From the human T2T-CHM13v2.0 reference genome, Homo sapiens: 64,000 nucleotides of DNA. The notes beneath the pieces are model-generated. The model was not told where the DNA came from. It worked only from the letters and a program-made list of their open reading frames with translations, and searched no databases. This document shows positions 32,402-51,274 of this stretch, piece after piece. The stretch is from the NCBI RefSeq assembly GCF_009914755.1, contig NC_060927.1, one strand, 5' to 3'. Every line of letters begins with the position of its first letter. Position 1 is the first letter of the stretch. The translations under genes were made by a program, and so were the position numbers.

Positions 32402-32911
32402 CAGTAGTCACCATTTATCCATGGGGAATATATTGCAAGACCCCCAGTGGATGCCTGAAACTACGGATAGGACAAAACCCTGTATATACTATGCATTTTT
32501 TCCCCTGTACATACATACATATGATAAAGTTTAATTTATAAATTAGGCACAGTACAAGATTTACCATAATAACTAATAATAAAATAGAACAATTAGGGAC
32601 AATAAAGGCTACTTGAACACACAAGCACTGTGATACTGCCATAGTCGATCTGACCACTGAGATGGCCACTAAGTGACTAGTGGATGTGTGGCAGCTACGG
32701 CATGGATATTCTGGGCAAAGGGAGGATTCACGACCTGGGCAAGATGGAGCTGGACCGTGTGAAACTTCATCATGCTACTCAGAACAGTGCACAATGTAAA
32801 GCTTATGAATTGTTTATTTCTGAAATTCTCCATTTAAGATTTTTGGACTGTGATTGATCTTTGGTAACTAAAACTGTGGAAGGTGAAACCAAGGATAAGG
32901 GAGAACTGCTG
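32402..32911 (-). mobile_element. MER44 (Tigger7-derived TcMar MITE)
   Basis: Imperfect TIRs cagtagtcaccatttatcc / ggataagggagaactgctg followed by TA; characteristic internal sequence. Confidence 0.88.
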
Positions 32912-33169
32912 TATTTATTTATGTCTTAACTCCCTAAGACTTCAAGCTCCTTGGTGGTGTAGAGCATGTGTTATTCATCTGTATTAATAATAAATAACAT
33001 TTGTCTAGCAAATTAGTAATTTACAAACCCCTTTAACACACTAGTGCATGGAATTCTTACTACAATCTCGTGAAGCAATGTTCTTGTTTCCACTTCGTTC
33101 ATAAGAAAATGAAATTCAAAGGACTTAAGTGATATAATCAAGGACCTATTGCTGGTAAGTTGCACAACA

Positions 33170-33480
33170 TCCCCACCTGCATTTCTCAACCAAAATCTGA
33201 TGGTTTTGGAGTTGCTTCATAAATACCCCAGCTCTCTCACTCTTCCAGGGAGAGAGCAGGGAGGTGTGTGTTCTACGCTAGTTCCCGGAGTTCTCCGGTA
33301 GGAATGAGCTTCAGTTACCCACAGTGGTAATTTCTTTAATCGCACAGCCTTTACTGACTCCTTCTGTTTTTCTCTTCCCCACGTCTAGACTACTGTTTCC
33401 TGGGATCACCTTCCAAATCAACTACTTGTACTCAATTTCTTTCCTCAGAGTTTGCTTCCAGAGAAACCAAAATTAAGACA
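33170..33480 (+). mobile_element. ERVL LTR 3' part (LTR33-like)
   Basis: ttcctgggatcaccttccaaatcaactacttgtactcaa...ctcagagtttgcttccagagaaaccaaaattaagaca. Confidence 0.65.
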
Positions 33481-34460
33481 TTCTTCTAAAAGCACTGTTT
33501 CTCCTAATCGGTTGGATGAGTGAGGTTAAGGAGGAACCTAAATAAATCAGGAATTTTTGACTATGTGATTTCCATTTTAAATTTTTCAAACAAAAGGGAG
33601 AGGGAGCTGCTATAAAGAGAACAGTCATTTAATAGCCTGCAGCCTGTTAAATTCATTGCAAGTCCAAACTTCTGCTTAAAGGGACCCAGGTATCAAATTG
33701 GCAGTTGCCTTGGAATCTAAAATAGAATTGGTTAGTATGGACTAGAGAAAAATATTTTGCATTTCTCTGGTTATTTCCATTACAGACAGAAATATTCTGA
33801 CACTTGCTCCTTTGCTCTGATTACAGCTTAAGGCAATTTCAGAAATTCTTAAATTGAACTGGAACCCCCACTTATACCAAGTAGCATAGCTCCTTCTCAG
33901 TGTCTCAAAGCCTTAGCATGAAATCAAGGATTTGGATGTGGTCAAGGGGTATTAACAGAAAAAAATGAGAACAATTAAATTTGAAGAAGGAGTGTTCAAG
34001 GAAACAGAGATAAAAATGCGTGGGCATAAATGCATGCACAGCAACCCCCAAGTCCGTAGAATAACTAACGTTGTTTTGAGTTCACAGGGCATTTTCATTT
34101 TTTGTCCAGGAAATTGTCTGAATCCAATGGTGGCTTCATTATTCTCATAACATTTCTGGGCCTCTCCCCAGAGGGGAAAGCTGCAACACAGAAATTTTAA
34201 GTCAAGTGGCAAAGCTAGGCTGATGCCTTAAGGTAGATGGTTTATGAAGATTACTTCAGGTTTTGAGAAAGCATATTCCTCAAAATCTTGGCCTAATTTT
34301 CTATTAATGAATGAGGAAGTACTTTCATATCTAAAAAGGTGCTGTATAACTATAAATATTTTTATTTTATATGGTTTGTTAAATCATCTGTCCAGGTAGA
34401 GTCCTATTCTTAATTGGAGGTCAGGAACTGGTTAGGAGCACTGGTTAAGATGTCAAAGAT

Positions 34461-34835
<375 letters not shown>

Positions 34836-36331
34836 CTACAGCTGAGCCAGTGATACAACTGAGAGTAAAACCTTCATATCTTCAAAAATCCCTGGGATAG
34901 CCTGGCAAAGAGTGAGAGATTTTGTACCCTGTGACTCTATTAAAATTCTGAATGGTATCAGATTCTAAGAGATCTTTATTCAGAGGATTATCTCAACATG
35001 TGATGGTTTCATTTATTCTCGGGATATCCCTAATGGGTAAACTATGGATAAAAGACAGTACTTTTCCCCTCCAAGGAGGAAACAGGGAAGAGAAATTGCA
35101 AGAAAACTATCATGGTCCCAAGTGGGAGTGTGAATGGCAGAGTCATGAAGGTCTTTTTTTTTTTTTTTTTTTTAACTGCTGACACTCCATGTCACCACAA
35201 GCCAAAAATTCTTAATTCTGGAAAAAAAAACAGAAAAAGAAGGATTTGGGAATCTAGAAAAGCTAATGTCAGAGAAAAGGTAATTTTTTCTCATTGCATT
35301 CTTTGGAGAGATAAAAGAAGATAAAGCAAATGTAACTTGCTCAAATAAAGGGTTTATTGGTCTAATCTGTGTTCTGCCATGCTAGGATGGGCTTTGTTTA
35401 TGATGGGCATGCCCACCATGGGCAAAGCCAAGCCTGTGTTATGGGAAATGTTGAAGGCATACTCTTGGGCACACCTTGTATTCCCTCACTCAATTATCCT
35501 CAGCTGAATAGGTTAACTTAAAAATGACCTGAAGCTTTTCTCATCTTAAGCAAGATACTCTCTGTCTTCTTCCATAACTTACAGAGAACTGGGAAGCAGG
35601 AGTCAGCACTTACATAAAATAATCTAAAGAAATGCATCTAAAGGCTACTGTCATTAAGAGGAAGCCCTAACAGAGTTCAAACATTTCACTCAAAACCAGA
35701 ATGGTTTTCTCAGTCTTATCATTTATTAAATTTATGTTTATCATATGAGGTAAGCTGGTTAGGTTACACTACTTTCATTTTAGAGGTGACAAGGCTATGG
35801 CTTATATTAATTAAAAGATACCAAGTAATTTCTTAGGTTTAATTACACCTAGCTGCATAGAAAATATCTTTTACTAAACTGGGAAAAAACATACTGTTTT
35901 TTTCATTTTTTAGCTACCAACCAGAGAAGGCAAAGAAATGCCCTAGATGGTTGATATTGACATTTCTGTTCTTATCATAGGTTGTGATGCTGGCTCTTTC
36001 CATCACTGACTTCTCCACCTGTTTTCAAAGGTGGACTTGTAATAGTAATTGCCAAAGTAATTCCTCTATTATTGCTCTGCTCTTTTGGGTGCCCTTTTCT
36101 TCAGCTAAAGGTTATTGCACCCACTAATCAGAAATACGGAAAATGCCCTCAAAGGTCATTTCTGAAACTTTGTCTTAAAGAGCAATCTCTTTTGCAACCT
36201 AGTCAGGATATTTTGCCAGTTTTCCCAAGAAAAGAGTTTTACGGAAATTGTTCTTACTTGTGAGAAGTTTCCAATATTAATTGAAAAATTTTTTATAGGG
36301 GGAGAATCAAGTTGGGAGTCAGGAAACAAGG

Positions 36332-36729
36332 TGCTATGGTCTGAATGTGTCCCTCAACACAAAATTCATGTGTTGGAAATTTAATCCCCATTGCAATAGT
36401 GTTGGAAGGTGGGGTCTTTTGGAAGGTGTTTAGATTATGAGGGCTCTGCCTTCATGAATAGATTAATGCTGTTATAAAAGGGCTTGATAGAGAGAGTTTT
36501 GTTCCTTTTTGCTTTTCCACCTTGTGCCATGTGAAGGTGCAGCGCTGTACCCCTCCAAAGGATGCAGCATTCAAAGTGCCATCTTGGAAGCAGACAGCAG
36601 CCCTTATCATATGCCAGAGTCTTGATCTTGGACTTCCTGGCCTCTACAGCTGTGAAAAATAAATTTCTGTTCTTTATCAATTAATTAATCTGTGGTATTT
36701 TGTTACAACAGCACAAACAGACTATAACA
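36332..36729 (+). mobile_element. MaLR solo LTR (MSTD/MLT1A-like) inserted in a MIR
   Basis: tgctatggtctgaatgtgtccc ... cagcacaaacagactataaca; near-TSD caagg/caaag. Confidence 0.88.
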
Positions 36730-37779
36730 CAAAGGTTCTAGATTTACAGCTGCCACAAATAGCTATATGTTGTTGGGTAAGGCATTTAATCACTCCAGTT
36801 ACAAAATCTTTCATTTGCAAAATAAGAGAATTGGAATGGATAATCTCTGAGGTATATTCCAGTTCTAAATCCATTATAATTCCATGGCAAATAATGTCAG
36901 GTAATATTTTTAAAGAAAAATATATTATAAAAATTTTTATTTAAATATTGAGATAAAAAATTATTGCCTGTCTCTTGGGCTATACAGGCTTTTTTATGGT
37001 GAGGGTTTTCTCCACAGACAGAAGAACAGGAAGAAGGGAAAGTTTGGGATTGGATAAAAGGAAGATTTCTTTTCCTCACCTTGGTTACTAATCCTTTACC
37101 TAGTTGGTAGGTGCTTCATTCACCCTGGAGATCTTTGACTAAAAGGCAGGCATTCAGGACCAAGCATAATCCATCTCTTGCATAAAACATGAGACGCTTT
37201 GGAGGATGCCTGGTGTTCAAAATGGTAATATTTCTACCCCTTTGTCAAAAGTAACATCATATTCCATATCACTGCCCCCCCTCCACCTGTCAGAAGGGGA
37301 TTAGAAAGGGTGTTGTTCCAGAAAATAAAAGTTTCAAAACCAACAAACCCAGGTCAGATACCTATAAAACCTTATAAGACAAGAACAAATTGCAATTAAA
37401 GAAGACGCCCAACAAAGAAGAAATGAAATGAAATATTGATAGCTGTTTAAGGGAGTTCACATTCTATCTGTGTAAGTGGGAAATGCTCAACCTCCTGAGA
37501 CTCCTCCTATCTCTAAAATTCTACCACTCTGTGCCTTTATGATAATTCTAGATTATTTTTTAATTTTCATTTTTTTATTATACGTAAGTTCTGGGATACA
37601 TATGCAGAACGTGCAGGTTTGTTACATAGGTATACACGTGCCACGGTGTTTTGCTGCACCCATTAACCTGTCATCTACATTAGGTATTTCTCCTAATGCT
37701 ATCCCTCCCCTAACCCCCCACCGCCTGACAGGCCCCAGTGTGTGATGCTCCCCTCCCTGTATCCATGTGTTCTCATTGT

Positions 37780-40700
37780 TCAACTCCCATTTATGAGTGA
37801 GAACATGCAGTGTTTGGTTTTCTGTTCCTGTGTTAGTTTGCTGAGAATGACGGTTTCCAGCTTCATCCATGTCCCTGCCAAGGACATGAACTCATCCTTT
37901 TTTATGGCTGCAGAGTATTCCATGGTATATATATGCCACATTTTCTTTATCCAGTCTATCATCGATGGGCATTTGGGTTGGTTCCAAGTCTTTGCTATTG
38001 TGAATACTGCCGCAATAAACATACGTGTGCATGTGTCTTTATAGTAGCATGATTTATAATTCTTTGGGTATATACCCAGTAATGGGATTGCTGGGTCAAA
38101 TGGTATTTCTGGTTCTAGATCCTTGAGGAATCGCCACACTATCTTCCACAATCGTTTAACTAGTTTACACTCCCACCAACAGTGTAAAAGCATTCCTATT
38201 TCTCCACATCCTCTCCAGCATGTTGTTTCCTGACTTTTTAATGATTGCCATTCTAACTGGCATGAGATGGTATCTCATTGTGGTTTTGATTTGCATTTCT
38301 CTAATAACCTGTGATGATGAGCTTTTTTTTGTATGTCTGTTGGCTGCATAAGTGTCTTCTTTTAAGAAGTGAATGCTCATATATTTCACCCACTTTTTGT
38401 TGGGGTTGTTTTTTTCTTGTAAATTTCTTTAAGTTCCTTGTAGATTCTGGATATTAGCCCTTTGTCAGATGGGTAGATAGCAAAAATTTTCTCCCATTCT
38501 GTAGGTTGCCTGTTCACTCTGATAATAGTTTCTTTTGCTGTGCACTGCAGAATTTCTTCAGTTTAATTATATCCCATCTGTCAATTTTGGCTTTTGCTGC
38601 CATTGCTTTTGGTGTTTTAGTCATGAAGTGTTTGCCCATGCCTATGTCCTGAATGGTATTGCCTAGGTTTTCTTCTAGGGTTTTTATGGTTTTAGGTCTT
38701 ATGTTCAAGTCTTTAATCCAACTTGAGTTAATTTTATTATAAGGTGTAAGGAAGGCATCCAGTTTCAGTTTTCTGCATATGGCTAGCCAATTTTCCCAAC
38801 ACCATTTATTAAATAGAGAATCCTTTCCCATTTCTTGTTTTTGTCATGTTTGTCAAAGACCAGATGATTGTAGATGTGTGACGTTATTACTGAGGCCTCT
38901 GTTCTATTCCATTGGTCTATATATCTGTTTTGGTACCAGTACCATGCTGTTTTGGTTACTGTAGCCTTGTAGTATAGTTTGAAGTCAGGTAGTGTGATGC
39001 CTCCGGCTTTGTTCTTTTTGCTTAGGGTTGTCTTGGCTATACGGGCTCTATTTTGGTTCCATATGAGATTTAAAGTAGTTTTTTCCAATTCTGTGAAGAA
39101 AGTCAATAGTAGTCTGAAGGGGACAGCATTGAATCTATAAATTACTTTGGGCAGTATGGCCATTTTTGTGATATTGATTCATCCTATCCATGAGCATGGA
39201 ATGTTTTTCCATGTTTGTGTCCTCTCTTATTTCCTTGAGCAGTGGTTTGTAGTTCTCCTTGAAGAGGTCCTTCACATCCCTTGTAAGTTGGATTCCTAGG
39301 TATTTTATTCTCTTTGTAGCAAGTGTGAATGGGACTTCACTCAGGATTTGCCTCTCTGTTTGTCTATTATTGTTGTAGAGGAACACTTGTGATTTTTCAT
39401 ATTGCTTGCACATTGATTTTGTATCCTGAAACTTTGCTGAAGTTGCTTATCAGCTTAAGCAGATTTTGGCTAAGAAAACAGGGTTTTCTAAATATACAAT
39501 CATGTCATCTGCAAACAGAGACAATTTGACTTCCTCTTTTCCTAACTGAATACCCTTTATTTCTTTCTCTTGCCTGATTACCCTGGCCAGAACTTCCAAT
39601 AACATGTTGAATAGGAGTGGTGAGAGAGGGCATACTTGTCCTGTATCAGTCTTCAAAGGGAATGCTTCCAGCTTTTGCCCATTTAGTGTGATATTGGCTG
39701 TGGATTTGTCATAAATATCTCTTATTATTTTGAGATACATTCCATCAGTACCTATTTTATTGAGAGTTTTTAGCATGAAGGGGTGTTGAATTTTATCAAA
39801 GGCTTTTTCTGCATCTATTGAGTTAATCATGTGGTTTTTGTAATTGATTCTGTTTATGTCATGGATTGTTTACTGATTTGCATATGTTGAACCAGTCTCG
39901 CATCCCAGGGATGAAGCTGACTTGATCATGGTGGATAAGCTTTTTGATGTGCTGCTGGATTTTGTTTGCCACTATTTCATTGAGGATTTTTGCATCAATG
40001 TTCATCAGAAATATTGGCCTTACATTTTCTTATTTTGTTATTTCCCTGCCAGGCTTTGGTATCAGGATGATGCAGGCCCCAGAAAATGAGTTAGAGAGGA
40101 GTCCCTCTTTTTGTCTTGTTTGGAATTGTTTCAGAAGGAATGGTACCAGCTCCTCTTTGTACCTCTGGTAGAATTCAGCTGTGAATCCATCTGGTCCTGA
40201 ACTTTTTGTTGGTTGGTAGGCTATTAATTACTGCCTCAATTTCAGAACTCATTATTGGTCTAGTCAGGGATTCAGCTTCTTCCTGGTTTAGTCTTGGGAG
40301 GGTTTATGTGTCCAGGAATTTATGCATTTCTTCTAGATTTTCTAGTTTATTTGTGTAGAGGTGTTTATAGTATTCTCTGATGGTAGTTTGTATTTCTGTG
40401 GGATCAATGGTGATACCCCCTTTATCCTTTTTTATTGTGTCTATTTGATTCTTCTCTCTTTTCTTCTTAATTATTCTGGCTAGTGGTCTATCTATTTTGA
40501 TATTCTTTTCAAAAAACCAGCTCCTGGATTCACTGAGTTTTTTTTGAAGGGTTTTTCATGTCTCTATCTCATTCAGTTCTGCTCTGATCTTAGTTATTTC
40601 TTGTCTTTTGCTAGCTTTTGAATTTGTTTGCTCTTGCTTCTGTAGTTCTTTTAATTGTGATGTTAGGGTGTAGATTTTAGATCTTTCCTGCTTTCTCCTG

Positions 40701-41599
40701 TGGGCATTTAGTGCTATAAATTTCCCTCTAAACACTCCTTTAGCTGTGTCCCAGAGATTCTGGTAGGTCGTGTCTTCATTCTCATTGATTTCAAAGACAT
40801 TAGTTCTGCCTTAAATTCGTTATTTACCCAGTCATCATTCAGGAGCAGGTTGTTAAGTTTCCATGTGTGGTTTTGAGTGAGTTTTTTAATCCTGAGTTCT
40901 GATTTGATTGCACTGTGGAAAGACTGTTTGTTATGATTTCCATTCTTTTACATTTGCTGAGGAGTGTTTTCTTTCCAATTATGTGGTCAGTTTTGGAAAA
41001 GGTGTGATGTGGTGCTGAGAAGAATGTATATTTTGTTGATTTGGGTTGGAGAGTTCTGTAGATATCTATTAGGTCCATTTGCTCTAGAGCTGAGTTCAAG
41101 TCTTGAATATCCTTGTTAATTTTCTGTCTCATTAATCTGTCTAATATTGGCAGTGGGGTGTTAAAGTCTCCCACTATTATTGTGTGGGAGTCTAAGTCCC
41201 TTTGTAGGTCTCTAACAACTTGCTTTATGAATCTGGATGCTCCTGTATTGGGTGCATAAATATTTAGGATAGTTAGCTCTTCTTGCTGCATTGATCCCTT
41301 TACCATTATGTAATGCCCTTCTTTGTCGTTTTTGATCTTTGTTGGCTTCAAGTCTGTTTTATCAGAGACTAGGATTGCAACCCCTGCTTTTTTTGCTTTC
41401 CATTTGCGTGGTAAATAGTCCTCCATCCCTTTATTTTGAGCCTATGTGTGTCTTTGCACATGAGATAGGTCTCCTGAATACAGCACACTGATGGGTCTTG
41501 ACTCTTCATCCAATTTGCCAGTCTGTGCCTTTTAATTGGGGCATTTAGCCCATTTACATTTAAGATTAATATTGTTATGTGTGAATTTGATCCTGTCAT
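37780..41599 (-). pseudogene. Disrupted L1 ORF2
   Basis: [11 protein letters not shown] start at 41599; many fragmentary ORFs down to ...HCMFSLINGS stop at 37780. Confidence 0.95.
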
Positions 41600-41662
41600 T
41601 ATGATGCTAGCTGGTTATTTTGCCCATTGCTTGATACAGTTTCTTCACAGTGTCAATGGTCG

Positions 41663-42702
41663 TTACAATTTGGAATGTTTTGCAGTGGCTGGTACTGGTT
41701 TTTCCTTTCCATGTTCAGTGCTTCCTTCAGGAGCTCTTTTAGGGCAGGCCTAGTGTTGACAAAATCTCTCAGCATTTGCTTGTCTGTAAAGGATTTTATT
41801 TCTCCCTTGCTTATGAAGCTTAGCTTGGCTGGATATGAAATTCTGGGTTGAAAATTCTTTTCTTTAAGAATGTTGAATATTGGCCCCCACTCTCTTCTGG
41901 CTTGCAGGGTTTCTGCAGTGAGATCCACTGTTAGTCTGATGGGCTTCCCTTTGTGGGTAACCCGACCTTTCTCTCTGGCTGCCCTTAACATTTTTCCTTC
42001 ATTTCAACTTTGGTGAATCTGACGATTTTGTGTCTTGGGGTTGCCTTTCTCGAGGTGTTTCCTTGTAGTGTTCTCTGTATTTCCTGAATTTGAATGTTGG
42101 CCTGTCTTGCTAGGTTGGAAAATTCTCCTGGATAATATCCTGAAGAGTTTTCCAACTTGGTTCCATTCTCCCCCTCACTTTCAGGTACACCAAGCAAATG
42201 TAGGTTTGGTCCTTTCACATAGTCCCATATTTCTTGGAGGCTTTGTTTGTTTCTTTTCATTTTTTTCTCTAATATTGTCCTCATGCTTTATTTCATTTAG
42301 TTGATCTTCAATCTCTGATATCCTTTCTTCTGCTTGATTTATTCAGCTATTGATACTTGTGTATGCTTCATGAAGTTCTTGTGCATGCTTTAGGAAGTTC
42401 TTGTGCTGTGTTTTTCAGCTCCATGAGGTCATTTATGTTCTTCTCTAAACTGGTTATCCTAGTTAGCAATTCCTCTAACCTTTTTTCAAGATTCTTAGCT
42501 TCCTTGCATTGCGTTAGAACATGCTTCTTTAGCTGAGAGGAGTTTGTTATTACCCACCTTCTGAAGCCTACTTCTGTCAATTTGCCAAACTCATTTTCCA
42601 TCCAGTTTTTTTCCCCTGCTGGCAAGGAATTGTCATCCTTTGGAGGAGAAGAGGCCTTCTGGTTTTGGAATTTTCAGCCTTTTTGTGCTGGTTTTTCCTC
42701 AT
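41663..42702 (-). pseudogene. Disrupted L1 ORF1
   Basis: ATG at 42702 (MRKNQHKK...), fragments 42368-42625, 41985-42284, 41653-41991. Confidence 0.92.
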
Positions 42703-44729
42703 CTTTGTGGATTTATCTACCTTTGGTCTTTGATATTGGTGACCTTTGGATGGGGTTTCTGTGTGAACGTCCTTTTTGTTGATGTTGATGGTATTCCTTT
42801 CTGTTTGTTAGTTTTCCTTCTAAAAGTAAGTCCCCTCTGCTGCAGGTCTACTGGAGTTTGCTGGAGGTCCACTCCAGACCCTTTTTGCCTGGGTATCACC
42901 GGCAGAGGCTGCAGAACAGCAAAGATTGCTGCCTGTTCCTTCCTCTGGAAGCTTCGTCCCAGAGGGTCATCTGCCAGATGCCAGCTGGAGCTCTCCTGTA
43001 TGAGGTGTCTGTCAACCCCTACTGGGAGGTGTCTCCTAGTCAGGATGCACAGGGGTCAGCGACCCACTTGCGGAGGCAGTCTGTCCCTTAGCAGAGCTCG
43101 AGTGTTCTGCTGGGAGATCCACTGCTCTCTTCAGAGCCAGCAGGCAGGAATGTTTAAGTCTGCTGAAGCTTTGCTCACAGCCGCCCCTTGCCCCAGGTGT
43201 TCTGTCCCAGGGAGATGGTAGTTTTATCTATAAGCCCCTGACTGGGGCTGCTGCCTTTCTTTCAGAGATGCCCTTTCCAGAGAGGAGGAATCTAGAGAGG
43301 CAGTGTGGCTACAGTGGTTTTGCCAAGGTGTGTTGGGCTCTGCCCAGTTCAAACTTCCAGGCAGCTTTGTTTACACTGTGAAGGAAAACTGCCTACTCAA
43401 GCCTCAGTAATGGTGGATGCCCCTCCCCACACCCAGCTTGAGCATCCCAGGTCAACTTCAGACTGCTCTTCTGGCAGGGACAATTTCAAGCCAGTGGATC
43501 TTAGCTTGCTAGGCTCCATGGGGATGGGATCTGCTGAGCTAGGCCACTTGGCTCCCTGACTTCAGCACCCTTTCCAGAGGAGTGAATGGTTCTGTCTCAC
43601 TGGCATTCCAGGCGCCACTGGGGTATGAAAAAAAACTCCTGCAGCTAGATTGGTGTCTGCCCAAATGGCTGCCCAGTTTTGTGCTTGAAACTCAGGGCTG
43701 TGGTGGTGTAGGCACCCAACGGAGTCACCTGGTATGCAGGTTGCAAAGACTGTGAGAAAAACCTATTATCTGGGCTGGAATGCACCATTCCTCAAGGCTT
43801 CCCTTGGCTAGGGAAGGGAGTTCCCTGACCCCTTGCACTTCCTGGGTGAGGCAATGCCCCATCCTGCTTCAGCACATCCTCCATGCACTGCACCAACTAT
43901 CTAACCAGTCCCAATGAGATGAGCTGGGTACCTCAGTTGGAAATGCAGAAATCACCCACCTTCTGCGTTGATCTTGCTGGGAGCTGCAGACTGGAGCTGT
44001 TCCTATTCAGCCACCTTGTCAGCTACCCACTTCTAGATTACTTAATGGATGAAATGGTTACAATTCTTTGGGGACAATGTGAATCTAACTATAGCTCCCT
44101 TGTTCATTCAGACATATGCCTCTTTTAGGGTATTTTTTTGTTGGCCATAAATCACTAGAATAACAAGACAATAGATTTAACCCAAATACATTAATAGTGT
44201 GAATTTTCAAGTCATTCCCTGTAAAGTTGAAGCTATACAGAAGACTCATTGGCCTAAGTTCATTTATCATATTTACTAACTCCAGTGATCCATTTTACAA
44301 ATTATTATTACCCGTCGTTTTAATAATCCAGTTGATTTGGGTGGTATTTTCCTTAGTTAGTTGGAAATTCAAACTTAGATCTCAGAGCAAAGGCTCATAT
44401 GGTGCAATAGCTTGATTTTCTATAATAAAGTAGATAATTATCCTTTGGATACTATTTAGCATGAACTCTGATTCAGCTTTTCTCTACTTTGTCCTAATAA
44501 AGTGAAACAGTCCCAGATTTTCAGTTTTCCTTAAAGTTTCTTTGGTTTGCTAATACCATTTTAAGAAGGTTTTTAAGAATGTTTTTAACAGTGTTTTATA
44601 TATTTAAAAGTAAAATATATAAAAGGAATTGCATTGTCTTGTTTTAGGCTAGGAATAAATTAGATGTTTGTGAAAGCCATTGTAAATGGTAGAGTACTTC
44701 ACCAATGTTAATTATAATAATTTGACACA

Positions 44730-44990
44730 ATGTAGGGTAGTGGTCAATAGCATAGGTTTTGAAGTCAGAACAACCCAGTCTTGAATCTTGCCTTGCCTGC
44801 TACTAACTCTCTAACTTTGGCAAGTTTTTCAACGCCTGAGTACTCCCTTTGCTGGCCTATAACATGCAAACATGCAAATAATATCAATATCTACCTCCCA
44901 GGGTCATCTAAGTGCTAAGTGGAGAGAGTATATGTAAAGTACTTATATAGTGCCTGCTCAATATGTTAAATATTATTATTAATTGTATTA
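44730..44990 (+). mobile_element. MIR SINE
   Basis: gggtagtggtcaatagcataggttttgaagtcaga...ctactaactctctaactttggcaagt. Confidence 0.7.
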
Positions 44991-45101
44991 GCTCAATAAA
45001 TGTTTGTTTAGAGTAAATCTACTGGTTAATTAATCACTGGATTATTGTAAGGACTAAATTAGAAAATGTACACAACAGACATAGCACAAAGCCTGGACAA
45101 T

Positions 45102-45282
45102 GCCCTGTTTCATTTTTTCTAAGAAATCATCCATTATAAGATGCACCGTTGAGGCATGTGCTTCTACAAAAGAAAAAAATTATGTCAATTAATTGTAAAA
45201 AACCATCAAACATGAGACAAAGCTCTATTGCAGAGAAGTAAAAATGTGGGGGAGAAAAAGCACCTTAGAATCAATGAACTCC
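45102..45282 (-). mobile_element. MER104-like TcMar MITE
   Basis: Degenerate TIRs (ccctgtttcattttttctaag / cttagaatcaatgaactcc), ~180 bp. Confidence 0.5.
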
Positions 45283-46639
45283 AACAGCTTTAAATAACTA
45301 GTACAATGATAAAAGATGAAGGAGAGAAGGAAAAGGCAAAATAAAAAATACTCATCAAACTAATTTCTCAGTGTTCTTGGAGCTATTTGTGAATTTTTAT
45401 CTCATTCACATACCCCAAATTATCATTCTTGTTAGTGAGGAAGAAAAATTAAGAAACTTGCCACAGGGAGCCAAAAAAGAATCATAAAATAAGATCATAG
45501 TGAATTATGATAAATCTCCCATAATATTCATGGAGTCCTTGCAGAGAATGAGAACTTATCAGTCATTAGTCCCCTTTCTTACCCAAAGCAAGGATCTCTT
45601 CTACAGCACCTCTGAAGTGTACCAACGATATTTATTTTGCATTTCATTTCAGGGCCCCTTTCAAGGAGTCTTGGAGTTGCTCTTGTGCAAATGCAGACCC
45701 CTTTACACAGTATGACGCTAGGGTAGGCGGGGAATGAGTGGCAGGATGTAGGGGTATGCTAATCATCACTGTCAACCTTGACGGGAAGGTGGGTGACAAA
45801 TGGGGAAGTAGCATTTGAAGTATAATTTAGAAAAGATCTGGAAAACAAATGACAGAAGAGGAGAAAGAGCTCTCATTTATTTCAGAAAACTTTCCCACTA
45901 ACAGCAATAGGTGGCAGAGAAGAGGATGAAGATGTGTGGGAAAAACAGGAATGTCTTTGAGTCTTTGAGCAAAGGAACTGAGGGAAAACAAAGCAGTTGC
46001 TGCTATTTGGGGGGAAACTCAGCAACTGAAGGTCGCAAGTTTTTTACCCTACCAGTCAGCACATCAGTCTTGAAAAGTCAATGATGACCAAGCACATAAA
46101 ACCTAAACATGTAGAAGCCACCAGTTCTTTTTGATTAGCTATTCAAAGCCAGACTTTTCCTTCCTTGGGAACAATTCTTATTCATTTCTATATTTCAATC
46201 ACTCCTAAATAATTATTACCAACAGTTTTTGAGCTCTTACTATGTAGAAAATTTAATTTACTTGATCCTAAGAAAAGAATTTTTTTGTGAGGTACTATTA
46301 TTATTATTCCCATTTTACAGATCAAGAAATCAAGCCCCCTATGAGATAAGAAACTTGTTTCAAGTCCCAGAGCCAGAATGGTACCCAGAGAGGCTATATT
46401 CCTAGCCACTATGTCACACTGCCTCCACCTTGACTTCATTTCTGTGATCAGTGCAGACTATATATATTGGATAATTTGGAATAAATGTACATCATCCCAG
46501 AATGGTGTTCAAAAAGAATTATTCAGGCATTAATTATCTCTATACCTTAACTGTTCTTACTCTCTCTTTACATTGTCTGACATTTAACTATTGGACGTCT
46601 ACAAAGTCTGAAAATGTGAATTTTATATATGTTTATGTG

Positions 46640-46655
46640 CACACACACACACACA
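46640..46655 (+). repeat. (CA)8 microsatellite
   Basis: Direct reading. Confidence 0.95.
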
Positions 46656-46902
46656 GACTGAAGTTGTCCTGAACAACATTATATTCATTCATTCTCCTGT
46701 GCTTCTGAACTTATAGGCACCCTGTATTTTCCCCTAATTGGGGGCAGTTACACTATACATAGAATTCAGGGGTCAGGATGGAGAGTATCTGATAATACCA
46801 CTGTCCTTCAACAATTATAGTTATTTGGAAAATATTAATTACACTTGTGGTTCACTAGGTGTTTTCTCTGCCTCTAAGTTTCTCTGCATTTTATTTAATT
46901 TT

Positions 46903-51095
<4,193 letters not shown>

Positions 51096-51189
51096 TGAAC
51101 TCAGATTTTAGCACCATTGATAGCTACAAAGGGAGAAAACATATAGTTGGGAATCAACAATACTGCAGGTGAGCCAGGCATGAGACATA

Positions 51190-51270
51190 CTTATAGTAAA
51201 AATAATTATTTATTGTTTATCTGAAATTCAAATGTAACTGGGTATTTTGTGTCATGTCTGGCAACCCTAG
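51190..51270. mobile_element. MER53-like hAT MITE fragment
   Basis: ttgtttatctgaaattcaaatgtaactggg...tctggcaaccctag. Confidence 0.6.
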
Positions 51271-51274
51271 TAGA

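Larger units (their letters stand above)
37559..44030 (-). mobile_element. Full-length LINE-1 (L1PA7-like), ~6.47 kb, inactive
   Basis: 5'UTR, ORF1, ORF2, 3'UTR and tail all present antisense; TSD ttctagatta(t/c)tt at 37546-37558 and 44031-44043. Confidence 0.97.

Noticed and set aside
42640-43559. 193-aa and 84-aa + strand ORFs
   Set aside because: Antisense frames of the older L1 5'UTR; the ORF0-like region is short and degenerate.
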